Below are positions 25,999-40,857 of a stretch of 64,000 nucleotides of DNA, one piece after another. How positions within the stretch are numbered: position 1 is the first letter of the stretch; every line of letters begins with the position of its first letter. The notes below the pieces were generated by a model. The model was not told the DNA's origin. It was given only the letters and a program-made list of their open reading frames with translations, and made no database searches. The position numbers were made by a program, and so were the translations under genes. Origin of the DNA: Eledone cirrhosa (lineage: Eukaryota); assembly GCA_964016885.1 (NCBI GenBank), contig OZ024743.1, forward strand, positions 229,586,001 to 229,650,000. Reading direction: 5' to 3'.

Positions 25999-27091
25999 TT
26001 ATAGTATCGGTTACTGGTCATTCTCAATATAGGAGTTAACATCCATTACTACTTAAATAACTACAAAACATATTTTTGTTTTATCAGCCAACTACAAATA
26101 TAGATAAAATATTATAGCCTAGAGTAGAGATATTTCACAAGAAATATAAAAAAGAACATTGCGTCTCCAGCTACTAAATATCTATAATTTCAGTGAAACA
26201 ACAAAAAGCAATTTAAATGTAATGGAAATAAAATATTTCGTGAAACTTTATAAAGCTTTACTCAGCACTTCGGCTTCAGTTAAGATAATAATTATACTTT
26301 CTACCATAAGTTTAAGACCAGAAATTTGGTGAATGAATGAGAGTTTATTGAGTGATGCCATCTAAGAGCATCCAATGAGTAGTTTTGGGTATTAAACTGG
26401 ATGAGGGATTTCGGATACCTTTGAAGTAAACAAAGTCATGATTTGAACTCAGAATGCAACGAAAAGGAACAATATTGTTGTTCTCCCAGTTACACTGTTC
26501 ACTTTTATTGAACCCAGAAGGATTAAAGACAAAATCAACGGAATCCTAGCAGTAAAAATTAAAATATTCACGACCATATATATACTCTTTTACTCTTTTA
26601 CCTGTTCCAGCCATCCAGCTGAGGCCATGCTGGGGCACCGCCCTTAAAAATGGTTGCATCGTGAATAATGTTTACTGCTAGGATTCCGTCCGTGTGTACA
26701 ACGCATGCACGGAAGAAACCGGATACCAAGTAATAATTAACAATTGCAGCAAAAGCAGTTTATCTCAATTTTTTTAGCCAATTATAATCACTCGCTACTA
26801 TTACACTTGAAGCAATGCTCAGCCAGGCGCACATATACATGTGCACACACACACAAAAGCTGCATTGATATAAAACAATATCAAATACACAATATCATTA
26901 ATATTATTTCTTTCACTGCTATTTTCATTATTGTTTGTTATATATTTATGATATAATGGATTAAAATTCCATTGATGAATTTAGAAATCTTGGCTTTAAA
27001 AAGCTAATTTCGTCACTTCACTCCACCGCTTCCTGCTTTATCTATACACAGAAGCTTTGACAGATAGACAGATATATAAATACATGGATGA

Positions 27092-28856
27092 ATAGGTAAA
27101 TAGGTAGATAGGTAGGAAGGTAGGTACTATGTAGGTAGGTAGGTAGGTAGGTAGAGAGATAGGTAGATAGGTAGGTAGAGAGGTTGGTAGGTAGGTAGGT
27201 AGGTAGGTAAGTAGGTAGGTAGGTAGGTAGGTAGGTAGGTAGGTAGGGAGGTTGGTAGGTAGGTAGGTAGGGAGGTAGGGAGGATGGTAGGTAGGTAGGT
27301 AGGTAGGTAGGTAGGTAGGTAGGTAGGTAGGTAGGGAGGTAGGTAGGGAGGTTGGTAGGTAGGTGGGTAGGGAGGTAGGGAGGATGGTAGGTAGGTAGGT
27401 AGGTAGGGAGGTAGGGAGGATGGTAGGTAGGTTGGTAGGTAGGTAGGTAGGTAGGTAGGTAGGGAGGTTGGTAGGTAGGTAGGTAGGGAGGTAGGGAGGA
27501 TGGTAGGTAGGTAGAAATGTAGGTAGGTAGGTAGAGAGGTAGGTAGATAGGTAGGTAGGGTGGTAGGTAGGTAGGTTGGTAGGTAGGTAGGTAGGTAGAG
27601 AGGTAGGTAGATAGGTAGGTAGGGTGGTTGGTAGGTAGGTAGGTAGGTAGGTAGGGAGGTAGGTAGGTAGGTAGGTTGGTAGGTAGGTAGGTAGGTAGGG
27701 AGATAGGTAGATAGGTAGGTAGGGAGGTTGGTAGGTAGGTAGGTAGGTAGGGAGGTTGGTAGGTAGGTAGGTTGGTAGGTAGGTAGGTAGGTAGGGAGAT
27801 AGGTAGATAGGTAGGTAGGGAGGTTGGTAGGTAGGTAGGTAGGTAGGTAGGTAGGTAGGTTGGTAGGTAGGTAGAAAGGTAGGTAGGTAGGTAGGTAGGT
27901 AGAGAGGTAGGTAGATAGGTAGGTAGGGTGGTTGGTAGGTAGGTAGGTAGAGAGGTAGGTAGATAGGTAGGTAGGGTGGTTGGTAGGTAGGTAGGTAGAG
28001 AGGTAGGTAGATAGGTAGGTAGGGAGGTTGGTAGGTAGGTAGGTAGAGAGGTAGGTAGATAGGTAGGTAGGTAGGGTGGTTGGTAGGTAGAGAGGTAGGT
28101 AGATAGGTAGGTAGGGTGGTTGGTAGGTAGGTAGGTAGGTAGGGAGGTAGGTAGGTAGGTAGAAAGGTAGGCAGGTAGGTAGGTAGAGAGGTAGGTAGAT
28201 AGGTAGGTAGGGAGGTTGGTAGGTAGGTAGGTAGGGAGGGAGGTTGGTAGGTAGGTAGAAAGGTAGAGAGGTAGGTAGGTAGGTAGGTAGAGAGGTAGGT
28301 AGATAGGTAGGTAGGGTGGTTGGTAGGTAGGTAGAAAGGTAGGTAGGTAGGTAGGTAGGTAGGGAGGGAGGTTGGTAGGTAGGTAGGTAGGTAGGGAGGG
28401 AGGTTGGTAGGTAGGTAGATAGGTAGGTAGGTAGGTAGGTAGGTAGAGAGGTAGGTAGATAGGTAGGTAGGTAGAGAGGTAGGTATATAGGTAGGTAGGG
28501 TGGTTGGTAGGTAGGTAGGTAGGTAGGTAGGGAGGTTGGTAGGTAGGTAGATAGGTAGGTAGGTAGGTAGGTAGGTAGGTAGAGAGGTAGGGAGGTTGGT
28601 AGGTAGAGAGGTAGGTAGGTAGGTAGGTAGGTAGAGAGGTAGGTAGATAGGTAGGTAGGTAGAGAGGTAGGTAGATAGGTAGGTTGGGAGGTTGGTAGGT
28701 AGGTAGGTAGGTAGGGAGGTTGGTAGGTAGGTAGATAGGTAGGTAGGTAGGTAGGTAGGTAGGTACAGAGGTAGGTAGGTAGGTAGGTTGGTAGGTAGGT
28801 AGGTAGGTAGAGAGGTAGGTAGGTAGGTAGGTTGGTAGGTAGGTAGGTAGGTAGAT
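27092..28856. repeat. Compound (TAGG)n tetranucleotide satellite, ~1.8 kb
   Basis: TAGG units interspersed with GAGG, TTGG, TAGA and TGGT variants; this explains the three long LPTY ORFs. Confidence 0.97.
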
Positions 28857-28994
28857 ATTTCGGAATGTATGTAGGCAAGCATGAAGGCACGCTGGCAGGT
28901 ATAAAGGCAGGCAGGTAGGTAGGCAAATAAGCACGTGTGTAGGTAAAAAGATAGGTGGATAGATCGATGGAGAGAAATACAAACATACATGTAG

Positions 28995-29086
<92 letters not shown>

Positions 29087-29124
29087 TAACTGGACATCTG
29101 GAAACTCTGCTTCGTAGAATCGAG

Positions 29125-29217
29125 ACGTATCTGAGGACCTTGCCATTTCAGAGTCAGGTTCTATCATTACATCGATCGTGCCTCGAGCTGGTCACCAGAG
29201 AAACGATTGTAATATGT
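29125..29217 (+). ncRNA. Hammerhead motif with a long, decayed stem II
   Basis: acgtat-CTGAGGA(29131)-...-GAAA(29200)-cgattg-TA-atatgt; stem I pairs over 6 bp. Confidence 0.7.
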
Positions 29218-29365
29218 CTAATACATTTTATTCGTCGCAACACTGATTCTCCGTTTCTTATGTGCTATATATATATAATATATACAACGAAGGAGTGTGG
29301 TAAGGAACCAGATGGACCATAACGCACCAGAGTACTCAATACTTAGGGTAGTAGAGTGGGAATAG

Positions 29366-29471
29366 GAAAAATTTTAACCCCGGCGGCAGAGCTCAAGCCG
29401 TTTCGACGGCTATTCTGTAGTTAAGAAATAGCCGTCGAAACGGCTTGAGATCTGCCGTCGGGGTTAAACTT

Positions 29472-29475
<4 letters not shown>
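29366..29475. repeat. Fold-back hairpin (~49-bp arms) built from the 3' half of a hammerhead-type Penelope terminus
   Basis: ctcaagccgtttcgacggctatt / aatagccgtcGAAAcggcttgag. Confidence 0.85.
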
Positions 29476-30111
<636 letters not shown>

Positions 30112-30387
30112 GATGGCGTAGACATACAATACAACAGGAGGAAACATAATAGCACCACTGACGATGTTGATGTGCAACAAAAGAACTTTGTTAGACTATA
30201 TATATGTGTTTGTGTCTATATTGCATCTGTATTTTTGACCGTTGGTCAGTCAATGGTAACATTGAGGACCGAATAAATTAAATTAACTGATATAAAAGAT
30301 ACAGAAGCGAAAACCAACCAAACAGTGAGTGTGTTCTGTTATTAATTCTGGCAATATTATTACACAAATATGACCCTCCCCAAGTAT

Positions 30388-30525
<138 letters not shown>

Positions 30526-30614
30526 TTGTGTGTGTGAGTAAACAGAAATAACAACACGATCGGTACAGTATATGAAAGGAATATATTAGATTAACGCTTG
30601 AAATAGCAGGAAGA

Positions 30615-30655
30615 GGGTCTTAACGTTTCGGACGCTAGTCCTTCATCAGAAGAAA
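30615..30655 (-). ncRNA. Minimal hammerhead in a solo Penelope-type terminal fragment
   Basis: Minus strand reads tctt-CTGATGA-a-ggac-tagc-gtcc-GAAA-cgt-TA-aga. Confidence 0.8.
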
Positions 30656-30783
30656 GAATGAGAAATAAGATAGATTGAGGGGACGGGTGGGTTTGAGTTG
30701 GAAAAAATGTCAGAGAGAGAGAGAAATAGATAGGTAGGTAGACAGATAAACAAATGTATGAAAGAGAGAACGTTTCGTTATCG

Positions 30784-30896
<113 letters not shown>

Positions 30897-31641
30897 CGTG
30901 TGTGCGTGTGCGTGTGTGTGTGTGTAGAGCCCCGATGTAAATCGGGAGGCAAGCACTCTCAAAAAGGGTACTCAGTACGTTGATAGAGAATAGGCATGTT
31001 CATCTTATTTTAGAAATGACTCCTACGGGACTGGAACTGTATCATTCTAATGTTATACATTTAACAATATCTACAAATTCCAACACGACACAGTGAGGGA
31101 GCCTTTTATAGGTGCTCAAACTGCTTGCAATAGCAATGGGATCTCCCTCAAATCCCACATTCTACTAACATAGAAGAAGAGAGATTGGAGAAGGTAATCC
31201 TTCCATAAAAAAAATTGGATACTCAAGTCTAGAATGCATTTTATTATAGGTCTGTTACATCATAACTAACCTGGAAATAGGCTACCAGGAAACAGTTGTC
31301 ATTCTGTAGGTTATCCGTTAGCAATAGCAGCCAATGCTCCCGCAATCGCATCCCAGCGTCTTCAAAATAGAATGATGGCATACAGAATCTAGTTACTTAT
31401 TTACAAAAATATCGCTAATCATATTTGGAAACCTTTCCTCACGTGTTTATCTACTCAGGAGCTCAAGATTGAAATAAGCACTCAAGTCTCCTGCATATCA
31501 AACACCGTCATAAAAAATGAAGCAACTATTAGACAATGCAGTCCCTGATATACACAAGTATGATGGTTACAGTTGGAACGCTTTTTATCATTGGTCTGTT
31601 CAATCACGGCTAACCTTCGGCTGCACAACATCTAACTTATG

Positions 31642-31724
<83 letters not shown>

Positions 31725-32754
31725 CACACACATACACATATATACATACGTACTCATGCACACAGACATACACACACAGAGGAAAAAACAACAACATATT
31801 GTTTTATTCTTTAAATGGATTTAGTCATTAAACTCTGTTAGTCGATCATATCGAGCCCAGTACATGTTTTCTCATGTCTATATACCACGGATACATAGTA
31901 CTATGATACGGATACATATCTATCTATATTGATACACAGGTAACATAGCGAATTCGCAAATATGCACAATATTTTAACTATGATTGATTTGTAAACTTTC
32001 TTTTTACTCATAATTCTCTTAATGCTTAATAGGTGGAAAAAAAATATAGTTTTCTGCTTATAGGATTTTCAGCTGTCGCTATAGCAACAGTGATTGTGGT
32101 AACGAAGGTTACGAAGGTGAAGTTGGTCTAAAAGTCAGTGTTGTTGTCGCAGACAGCAGCAGAGCTAGTGTTAGTTCCATAATAGAGCTGGATGTCTGTA
32201 GATGGCGCTATCATCGGAATAGTGCAAAATGACAGAATTGAATTCTAGCATGGTGAAAATATAGCAGAAATAAGCGGGAGTGAGGTGGAAGAGAGACGGT
32301 GTCTTGTTGTTGATTATGATATTGCTGTTTGTGTTAGTGATGGTGGTTGTGGTTGTGGTGCTGTTGCAAGTGATGGCCATGGCGGTGATAGCGGTGATGG
32401 TGGTGATAATAGTGATGGATACTTTTCGTGATGGCAGCAGTGGTGGTAGATGTTGCGGTAGTGACGGTGGTTGTAACCGTGGCTAGGGCTAATGATGTTG
32501 GTAGTGGTGGAGTTTCCACAAGTAAATCGCAATACTCTCAGCTGTTACATCAAGGCAGTATGAAGGCTTTTGTCTTGTAACACCTTTAAAAAATAAATAA
32601 TATAAACGAATAAATAAATTAAAATACAAATAGTTAAAAATATTAATTCAGAAGCTCATTATGTTTTCCAAAAAAGTTTATCGCTATTCAAAGCTTTAGC
32701 GAAAATGATTTTCCACCACCAGTTGCTAATATTTCTACAACAGATATCGATCGT

Positions 32755-32805
32755 CATCATCATCACCATCATCATCATCATAAACACCATTACCTCCACC
32801 ATCAT

Positions 32806-32883
<78 letters not shown>

Positions 32884-33713
32884 CTCCACAAATATTACTA
32901 TTACTACCTCGAAAACCATTACAACTACTACCTCCAAAATCATCATCAATACCACCACCACCATCACCAATACTGCTGCCACCACCACTACTATCACTAC
33001 CACAATCACCACCACCGCCACCGCCACCACCACCACCACCACCACCACCACCACCACCACACCACCACCGCCGCCACCACCACCACCACCACCACTACCA
33101 CCGCCGCCACCACCACCACCACCACCACCACCACCACCACCACCACCGCCGCCACCACCACCACCACCACCACTACCACCGCCGCCACCACCACCACCAC
33201 CACCACCACCACCACCACCATCACCACCACCACCACCACCACCACCACCGCCGCCGCCACCACCACCGCCACCACCACCACCGCCGCCACCGCCGCCGCC
33301 ACCACCACCGCCACCACCACTACCACCGCAGCCACCACCACCACCACCACCACCACCACCACCACCACCACCACCGCCGCCGCCACCACCACCACCACCA
33401 CCACCACCACCACCACCACCACCACCACCACCACCACCACCGTCACCACCACCACCACCACCACCGCCACCACCACCACCGCCGACGCCACCGCCACCAC
33501 CACCACCACCACCACCACCACCGCCATCGCCACCACCACCACCACCACTGCCACCACCACCACCACCACCACCGCCACCACCACCACCACCACCACCACC
33601 ACCACCACCACCACCACCACCACCACCACCACCGTCACCACCACCACCACCACCACGGCCATCGCCACCACCACCACCACCACCACCACCACCGCCACCA
33701 CCACTACCACCAC
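32755..33713. repeat. Compound trinucleotide repeat (CAT/CTA followed by long CCA/CCG)
   Basis: Read directly; it explains the poly-Gly, poly-Pro and poly-Val ORFs. Confidence 0.97.
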
Positions 33714-33887
33714 CGGTGGTGGTGTATATATATATGTGTGTGTGCAGTGTTTGTACCAGAGTTTTCAAGTCGCTAGCTGGACCAACAAGTCACACTCGTC
33801 GTGTAGCGCATCGGTAGGAGTTCTCCTACATGGATATAAAGTAGTGGCCGTACTAGAAAACTAGTTGGCAGCCACCATATATATGTG

Positions 33888-33944
<57 letters not shown>

Positions 33945-34129
33945 ATAAACTTTAATTAGTTTATTTCATTAATAGCTAACTTTGTCTGTTACAATGCAAA
34001 CACGTTTTGTGTTTATCATATATTTTAATGTATTTAACTGCTCGGAAATGCCCCTTTTCTTGGAGCTGGATTATTGTAAACGACTGAGAGTTTATTCTCA
34101 AAATATAATATAGTATATATATATGTATG

Positions 34130-34204
<75 letters not shown>

Positions 34205-34208
<4 letters not shown>

Positions 34209-35689
34209 ATAATAATAAATTTGAAGACTAAAATCCAAAGAGGGCTCGATAAGGATAAATATATATCTAATATATAAGAACCGTAGAGAAAATATTTATT
34301 AAAATAACAGATTAAAGTTTAAGCAAAGAATCGCTGCTTTCACCCTTAACGGGATCTTCTGAAACTAACAAAGTCAATCTGTAAACGCAGAACTGGATAT
34401 TTCAAAAAACGTTGCAACCGGAGGAAGACAGGAAGATGATACTTTGGTTCGTGGAAACGTTCGCTGGCGAAGAACGGGAAAAAACGAATAACACGTCATT
34501 AATAGGAGCGGTGAAAAACATTTACGCGGAAAGACAGAACCACGTTCATGGTATAAAAGAGGTCGTAGACTAATGTTCTCTTAGGTGGTGCATAGAGACG
34601 TTCTCTGGCAATGAACGAAAAAACGAAGATAATACGTCATATGTGGAGCGTGGAGAACAATAGCACGCAAAGACAAAACCACGTAAATGGTATAGCAGAA
34701 GTCGTAGACTAAAATTCTAACTAGGAGACCAAATGAATCTCCGCTACAGAGTTAAGAACAAAGTAAATAAATACAATACAGAAGTAATAAATAAATACAT
34801 ACACGCAATCAAAAACGTACATACACAAGCATACGCAAAACCTTACCATAGGTATACAAAACCACGCACATATAAATATGTGTGTGTGTGTATGCGTGTA
34901 TACAAATAAAAAAACAATTATATAAACGTATATAAATAAATAAATACGTATATAACAAGCGCACACACATACCTACATATAAATACACGAATGTTCGGAG
35001 ACGTAAGTCAACTAAAACAAGAAGTACACATATACACACACCCACCATACGTACGAACCTACATAATCGCACAGACGCAAAAACTTCCGTATACACATAG
35101 CCAAACCCTATGTACCAGAATATATAAAATTATACGCCATAGCAATCAAATATACGTACGAGAAGGTATACGTACCTTCACAAAACATACGGGTAGTATA
35201 TACTTACCTATGCAAATAAGTAAAGGAATAAACAAAACATATACTTAGCTCCCACATCAAGACGTAAAATATCCACGTATAGATCGTACTATCCGTTAGG
35301 GTATAACGTGGGGCTGTAATACAGGAAAGTTTTGTGCAATTTATGTTTATAAGCCGAAATTGCCTCAGACTTTTTGTTTAAGATGTGGTCTGCGGCGTAG
35401 AGTATTTCCAGGGCCTCAGCGGCGCAGAGGTCACATGGTCTTTTATTTCCGTTATACGATCTAGACCTAGCTAGGATCTCCCAGTGTAATTTATATTGGG
35501 TGTGGTTGTCTTTTAGACTCCAGATATAAGCTGAAAGTGACGTCATATTCCTTCTTAGAGGGTAACGAAAAGAATGGGTATGCATGTAAAGACGTAGTTT
35601 AGCTAAATTTGAAGCTGTGATGTTATGTGCAAGGTTAGGAGTCGTAGAGTAAGAAATTTTAATAGTATTTCTATTAAACATTTCTATTA

Positions 35690-35693
<4 letters not shown>
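34205..35693 (-). mobile_element. Penelope family E 3' portion: deleted GIY-YIG tail, 3' UTR and terminal hammerhead variant
   Basis: ORF 35289-35681 has FNRNTIKISYS, TSLSAYIWSLKD and CDLCAAE. The terminus has CAGAAGA-tccc/gggt-GAAA on the minus strand at ~34335-34361. A ~140-bp internal duplication lies at 34457/34598. Confidence 0.85.
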
Positions 35694-35762
<69 letters not shown>

Positions 35763-36045
35763 AAATATGATGTCGTGCCGATTAGATACTAAAATGATTA
35801 AAGATGTTTATCATTATTTTTTTTTTTTCAATTTCCAGAGAAATTGTTATTTTCTGGCATCTTTACATGGCTACATGTTAGATATGTGTATATCGTTGGT
35901 GTAGTCTTGGTTACGCATTTTCTATTTATACAGATATAACTTTATACACGTCGGAAGCTAGCGCATTTCTTTCTATATATCTTAATTAATTATCAACACA
36001 ATCTCTAATTATATTCAAATTTATACGTCCATTTCAGAGTAATAA

Positions 36046-36172
36046 TTGTTTCTACTTTTGGCACAAGGCCAGCAATTATACCAGTGTATTACTGGTACTT
36101 TATTTTATCGACCTGCAAGGATGAAAGGCAAAGTTAAGCTCGGTTGGATTTGAACTCTGTCCGTAAAGGGAC
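36046..36172 (-). mobile_element. SINE family 1, 5' truncated
   Basis: ttgtttctacttttggcacaaggccagc...gatttgaactc. Confidence 0.88.
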
Positions 36173-36187
36173 GTGTAGTTTGATTAG

Positions 36188-36251
36188 ATGATGTACATGT
36201 CTTTTGATGAGGATCCAGTTAAATCCGAAATCGATCAAAGTTGTCCATCAT
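36188..36251 (+). ncRNA. Type I hammerhead with extended stem I and an altered position 3
   Basis: atgatg-t-aca..cttt-TGATGA-ggat..atcc-GAAA-tcga-TC-aaag-t-tgt-c-catcat; palindromic ATCGAT stem III. Confidence 0.78.
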
Positions 36252-36464
36252 TTTTCCAATTTACAGTAAAATTCATATTTTCTGGCTTACGCATATCTAA
36301 ATGACTTCAGATATTTGAATGCATATATTATATACACGTTGGCGCAGTTTCTGTGACAGATTCTGTATTTATACAGATATATCATTATATATGTAACCCT
36401 TCTCTCTCTCTCTCTCTGTATATATTATATATATATATATATACATGTATATAAAAATACATGC

Positions 36465-36526
<62 letters not shown>

Positions 36527-36537
36527 CATATATATAC

Positions 36538-36693
<156 letters not shown>

Positions 36694-37281
36694 GCATATA
36701 TATATACATACACAAAAAATAAAATACACACACATATGTATGTATCCGTTTCGAACTAGCTATCTTTCTTTCTTTCAAACAATCCCTCTTTCTAGAATGT
36801 TCCCCCATTTTCCCATCCGCACCATTACATAGTTTCCTTTCAGCCATTTTACGCAAACACTCAGCATGGTAAGAAACTGCAACAGTTGTAGTACTTTTCC
36901 AATCCTTCCACCCCAGAAGCTAACTTTGCATATGTTATTGACTTATTTATTCATCATATTCCAGCTTTATATTCTTTTTTCCCTTACTTCCTTACCTTTC
37001 TATATTCTTCAGCTTCTCCCATGGAGTATTCCTTTCTATGTATGTACCTTTGTGTATAGCTATGTATTTGTCTGTGAGTAAGGTACATGCATGTGTATAT
37101 ATGTATATATGTATATATATGTGGTTATGTATGTATGTATGTATGCATGTATATGTGTATGCGTGAATGTATTTCTGTATATATAGATTTGTATGTATGC
37201 GTGGATGCATATTGATTTGTGACCTTATCTTTCGCTCTTTCTCTCTCTTTCTTTCGCTCTCTCACACTCCCTGACTTTCTT

Positions 37282-37376
<95 letters not shown>

Positions 37377-37383
37377 CCACACA

Positions 37384-37414
<31 letters not shown>

Positions 37415-37829
37415 CACTTCCTCATACCCACACAGATAAGTATATAATACATCCTTCTGTCAATCAGCTTTTACTTTCAGCCTTTATAAAATTCCACATT
37501 ACTTAACATTTTGTTTGCTTGATTTTCGTTCCTTTCTTTCATAACTTCATTCTCTCTCTTTATATCCAGGATTTTTTCTTCCTATATTCTTCTTTATTCT
37601 CCCTTTTCTTCGATTTGTCTGCCCTTAACGGACATTTTTTCCTCTATTTCTATCAGATATCGCTGGATTGAAACGAAAGTTGTAGACATGGATATAATGC
37701 ATTCAAATAAATATAAGTATTTATGTCAATACATGTACTTTTGCACCCAAGTACATATGCACATATATACCTTCTACACAAAAACGCATACATCTACATA
37801 TTCTCTCACAATTATGTATATATATATGT

Positions 37830-38497
37830 ATTAGAATTGGTGCTCTGAAATAGCGATGTAGTATTTTTGGCAATATACTGTATGCTTAATTAAAAGCATT
37901 TTGAAGATCTTGCGCTATTATTTTAAAGTAGCGACTATGTCATTTACTTCTTTTTTCAACAAACAAAGGGAGATAAGCTGACAGATCTGTTTCATACTAT
38001 TGGTAATCATCAGAGCTAGGCATTCGCTTTGTCTGTTGAAAATTATAAATGTTAGATTCTTATATAATTCTAGTAATAATCAGGAAATGATTATACAGAG
38101 CGATTGCCGGTCCAGCAAAACTTGAAAATTAGAATTGGTGCTCTGAAATAGCGATGTATACATGAATGTATATATAGTATATTTGGCAATATACTGTATG
38201 CTGAAGTAAAAGCATCTTGAAGACCTTGCGCTATTATTTTAAAGTTGCGACTATGTCACTTATTTCTTTTTTCAACAAACAAAGGGAGATAAGCTGACAG
38301 ATCTGTTTCATACTGTTGGTAATCACCAGAGCTTAGCACTAGCTTTGTCTGTTGAAAATTATAAATGTTGGATTCTTATAGAATTAAAGTAATATTCATT
38401 CATGTATACATCACTATTTCAGAGCACCAATTCTAATTTTCAATTTTGGCTGCACTGGCAACCGCTCTGTATAATCAGTTCCTGATTATTACTGGAA
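37830..38497 (-). repeat. Dimer of a ~300-316-bp hammerhead-containing unit plus an inverted ~100-bp segment
   Basis: Units start at ~37830 and ~38128. The hammerheads lie at 37974-38019 (agct-CTGATGA-ttac..gtat-GAAA-cagatctg-TC-agct) and 38290-38335 (CTGGTGA). 38396-38497 is the reverse complement of ~38067-38168. Confidence 0.88.
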
Positions 38498-38790
38498 AGA
38501 CTTCTATCCGAAACGTTGAAACTGCCTCCACTTCCCCCAAGCGTGAATCTAATAAAACTGTGTAAAAGTGCTTCCTGTGTTTTGTTTGTTTCATTTATTA
38601 ACTATACATACATATATATATATATATATGATAATTTTAAAAGGAGAGGAGTAAACATAGCACCGCTTTTGTAGATATCTATCTTTTCAACCAGGAAATT
38701 ACGTTCCTTCCTTTTACTACATCTTACCTTGATATTGTCTTTTGGAGCTCTTTCACATTTCCAGCAAAGTATCGTAGCCATTACAAAATT

Positions 38791-38848
38791 GGCGTCAATA
38801 TATGCTGAGGAGCTTGTCTGTCTAAGTGAAAGATCTGAAACAGACGCC
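38791..38848 (+). ncRNA. Decayed hammerhead
   Basis: ggcgtc...CTGAGGA-gctt..aagt-GAAA-gatc-TG...gacgcc; the cleavage-site nucleotide is G, so it is predicted inactive. Confidence 0.65.
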
Positions 38849-39170
38849 TAGCAAACTAATTGTCCTTTAAAGATAACATAATTAGTGTAATAGATATCTA
38901 TATATCATAAACACCTTCCACTGATTAAATACTCTCTCAATTTCGGATACACACACATACATACATATATATATATATGTAATATATTAGTATATACATT
39001 AAGCAAAACGATGAAGTTACGTTTAAATGATTTTATTGATTATCCCCCCTCTTACGTACGTTTGGCAGATAATTGGTTCAAGCTCACCCATGGAAGTGAA
39101 TATACATGTATTTAGACACACACGCACACACACAGACACTCAGACACACACGCACACACACAGACACTCA

Positions 39171-39251
<81 letters not shown>

Positions 39252-39254
39252 ACA

Positions 39255-39303
<49 letters not shown>

Positions 39304-39323
39304 ACACACACACAGACACACGT

Positions 39324-39376
<53 letters not shown>

Positions 39377-39419
39377 TATATGAATAAATCAGTTTTATAG
39401 ATGTTATACTTCACTGAAT

Positions 39420-40560
39420 TGGTAGCAATAGCTTGGCGTTGTGCTGCAATCAAGGCGTTCAGTGGTAAGCTTCAAATCACATTGCTTAAGCCATGTCCAG
39501 GATGTTTTATCCTTGATATCTTGTGTCTTTCTTTCAAACTACCCATGCATTTTCATTTCCAAAAGATCTTTTCTCTTCTTTTCAAATATTTGGTTAAACA
39601 TTTCCTTAACTGGCTTTTAATCTGTATTTATGCCTATAACTTCTGTTGCATATTGCATCAACTTTTCGTTACTGTTTACCAAATACTCTACAAGCCATCT
39701 CCTTTCAGTCCTTATACAATAACCCACTCTGGTGAGTCTTCTACTACCATTCTTTCTCGTCATGTACAATCTATTATATTTACTTTAGGTTGCAAAACTC
39801 CGAACAATGACATTAACTTTCTCGTCTTTCTATCCAAATTTGCTATTTCTTCTTCAGTCTACCTGTGAATAGACTCGCTATATCTAACCACTGCAACTGA
39901 CCAGATATTCATTGTAGTCACTAGATTTCTAGTATTCGGGTTGAATTTTAAAATCATTTTTACTCTTTTTAAATATCTCTCTCTATATATACTTTTCTTT
40001 CAATTCTGCATATACAATGCCATCCAGTTCTAAAATCCCTATGTACTTGATCCACTATCTTCCGGTTGCTCGATGGTTTCTCTCGATTGCAGCCTTAATC
40101 TACAGGCTGTTTTTTCCCTCTTTTAATATTTGCACAGATTATTTTGAAATCCAAAATTCCATACCGATGTCATTGCTAGATACCTGGATATTTTTAAGCA
40201 AAGAATCGATCTGATTTTCAGGCTTCGCAAATAGTTTCAAGTCTTACATAAACAGAATGCTTTTCAATGATCCATTCTTTCCACATTGGTCACCCATTTT
40301 AAATTTCCTAAGTGTCATTGTTATAAGTATAAGAGTAATGACAAATAGTAATAGTAAAAATTCGTCACCTTCGGAGATACCACTTTTAATATTTCCTTCG
40401 CCAAGGAACAAATTGTTTGAGTCTTCCGCCCTAGCATACTATTCTGAAGAAAATTTGTGATGTTGTAGGCAATAACAAATATATGCAGGTATTCAATCAT
40501 CAAAAGGATGACGTTGTCATCTAACACGTGGTGTTCTTGGGCTGTTTGCTTGCAAACAAG
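39420..40560 (-). pseudogene. Old degenerate R4/Dong-like RT fragment
   Basis: Hand translation of the minus strand gives IKSGISEGD, LFM*DLKLFAK and KYIGILELDG, in the same order as the RT at 45893-47998. Confidence 0.72.
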
Positions 40561-40654
40561 CCGAATATTAATAATATTATGATTTTATTATAATATTATT
40601 GTTATTACTCATGAAAACACTTAGGTTGAGAGCGAAAATAAATTTTGTTTAATA

Positions 40655-40686
<32 letters not shown>

Positions 40687-40857
40687 GGGGCGGGGTGGGG
40701 GTGGGAGTCACGAGTTCAATCTGGGGTGGCTGCAGTTAGTAAGGTACTCAATACACTAGTAGAGTGTATACAACAGATTTAATATCTGATGATTTCCTTC
40801 GAATTTAACAGTTCTAGTCCTGTAGAAACCATTTCTAAATTTATTATATATATATAT

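Noticed and set aside
27092-28856. Interstitial telomere
   Set aside because: The unit is TAGG, not TTAGGG or TTAGG.
27038-29167. Three ORFs of 646-709 aa rich in LPTY
   Set aside because: They are translations of the (CCTA)n strand of the satellite, open in all three frames only because stops are absent.
31110-31620. Three degenerate ~150-190-bp repeats (aatagca...ctccc.caa.tc)
   Set aside because: They are too diverged to delimit or classify by eye.
32659-33817. Poly-Gly, poly-Pro and poly-Val ORFs resembling formin or structural proteins
   Set aside because: They come from a pure trinucleotide repeat with a frame slip and no flanking domain.
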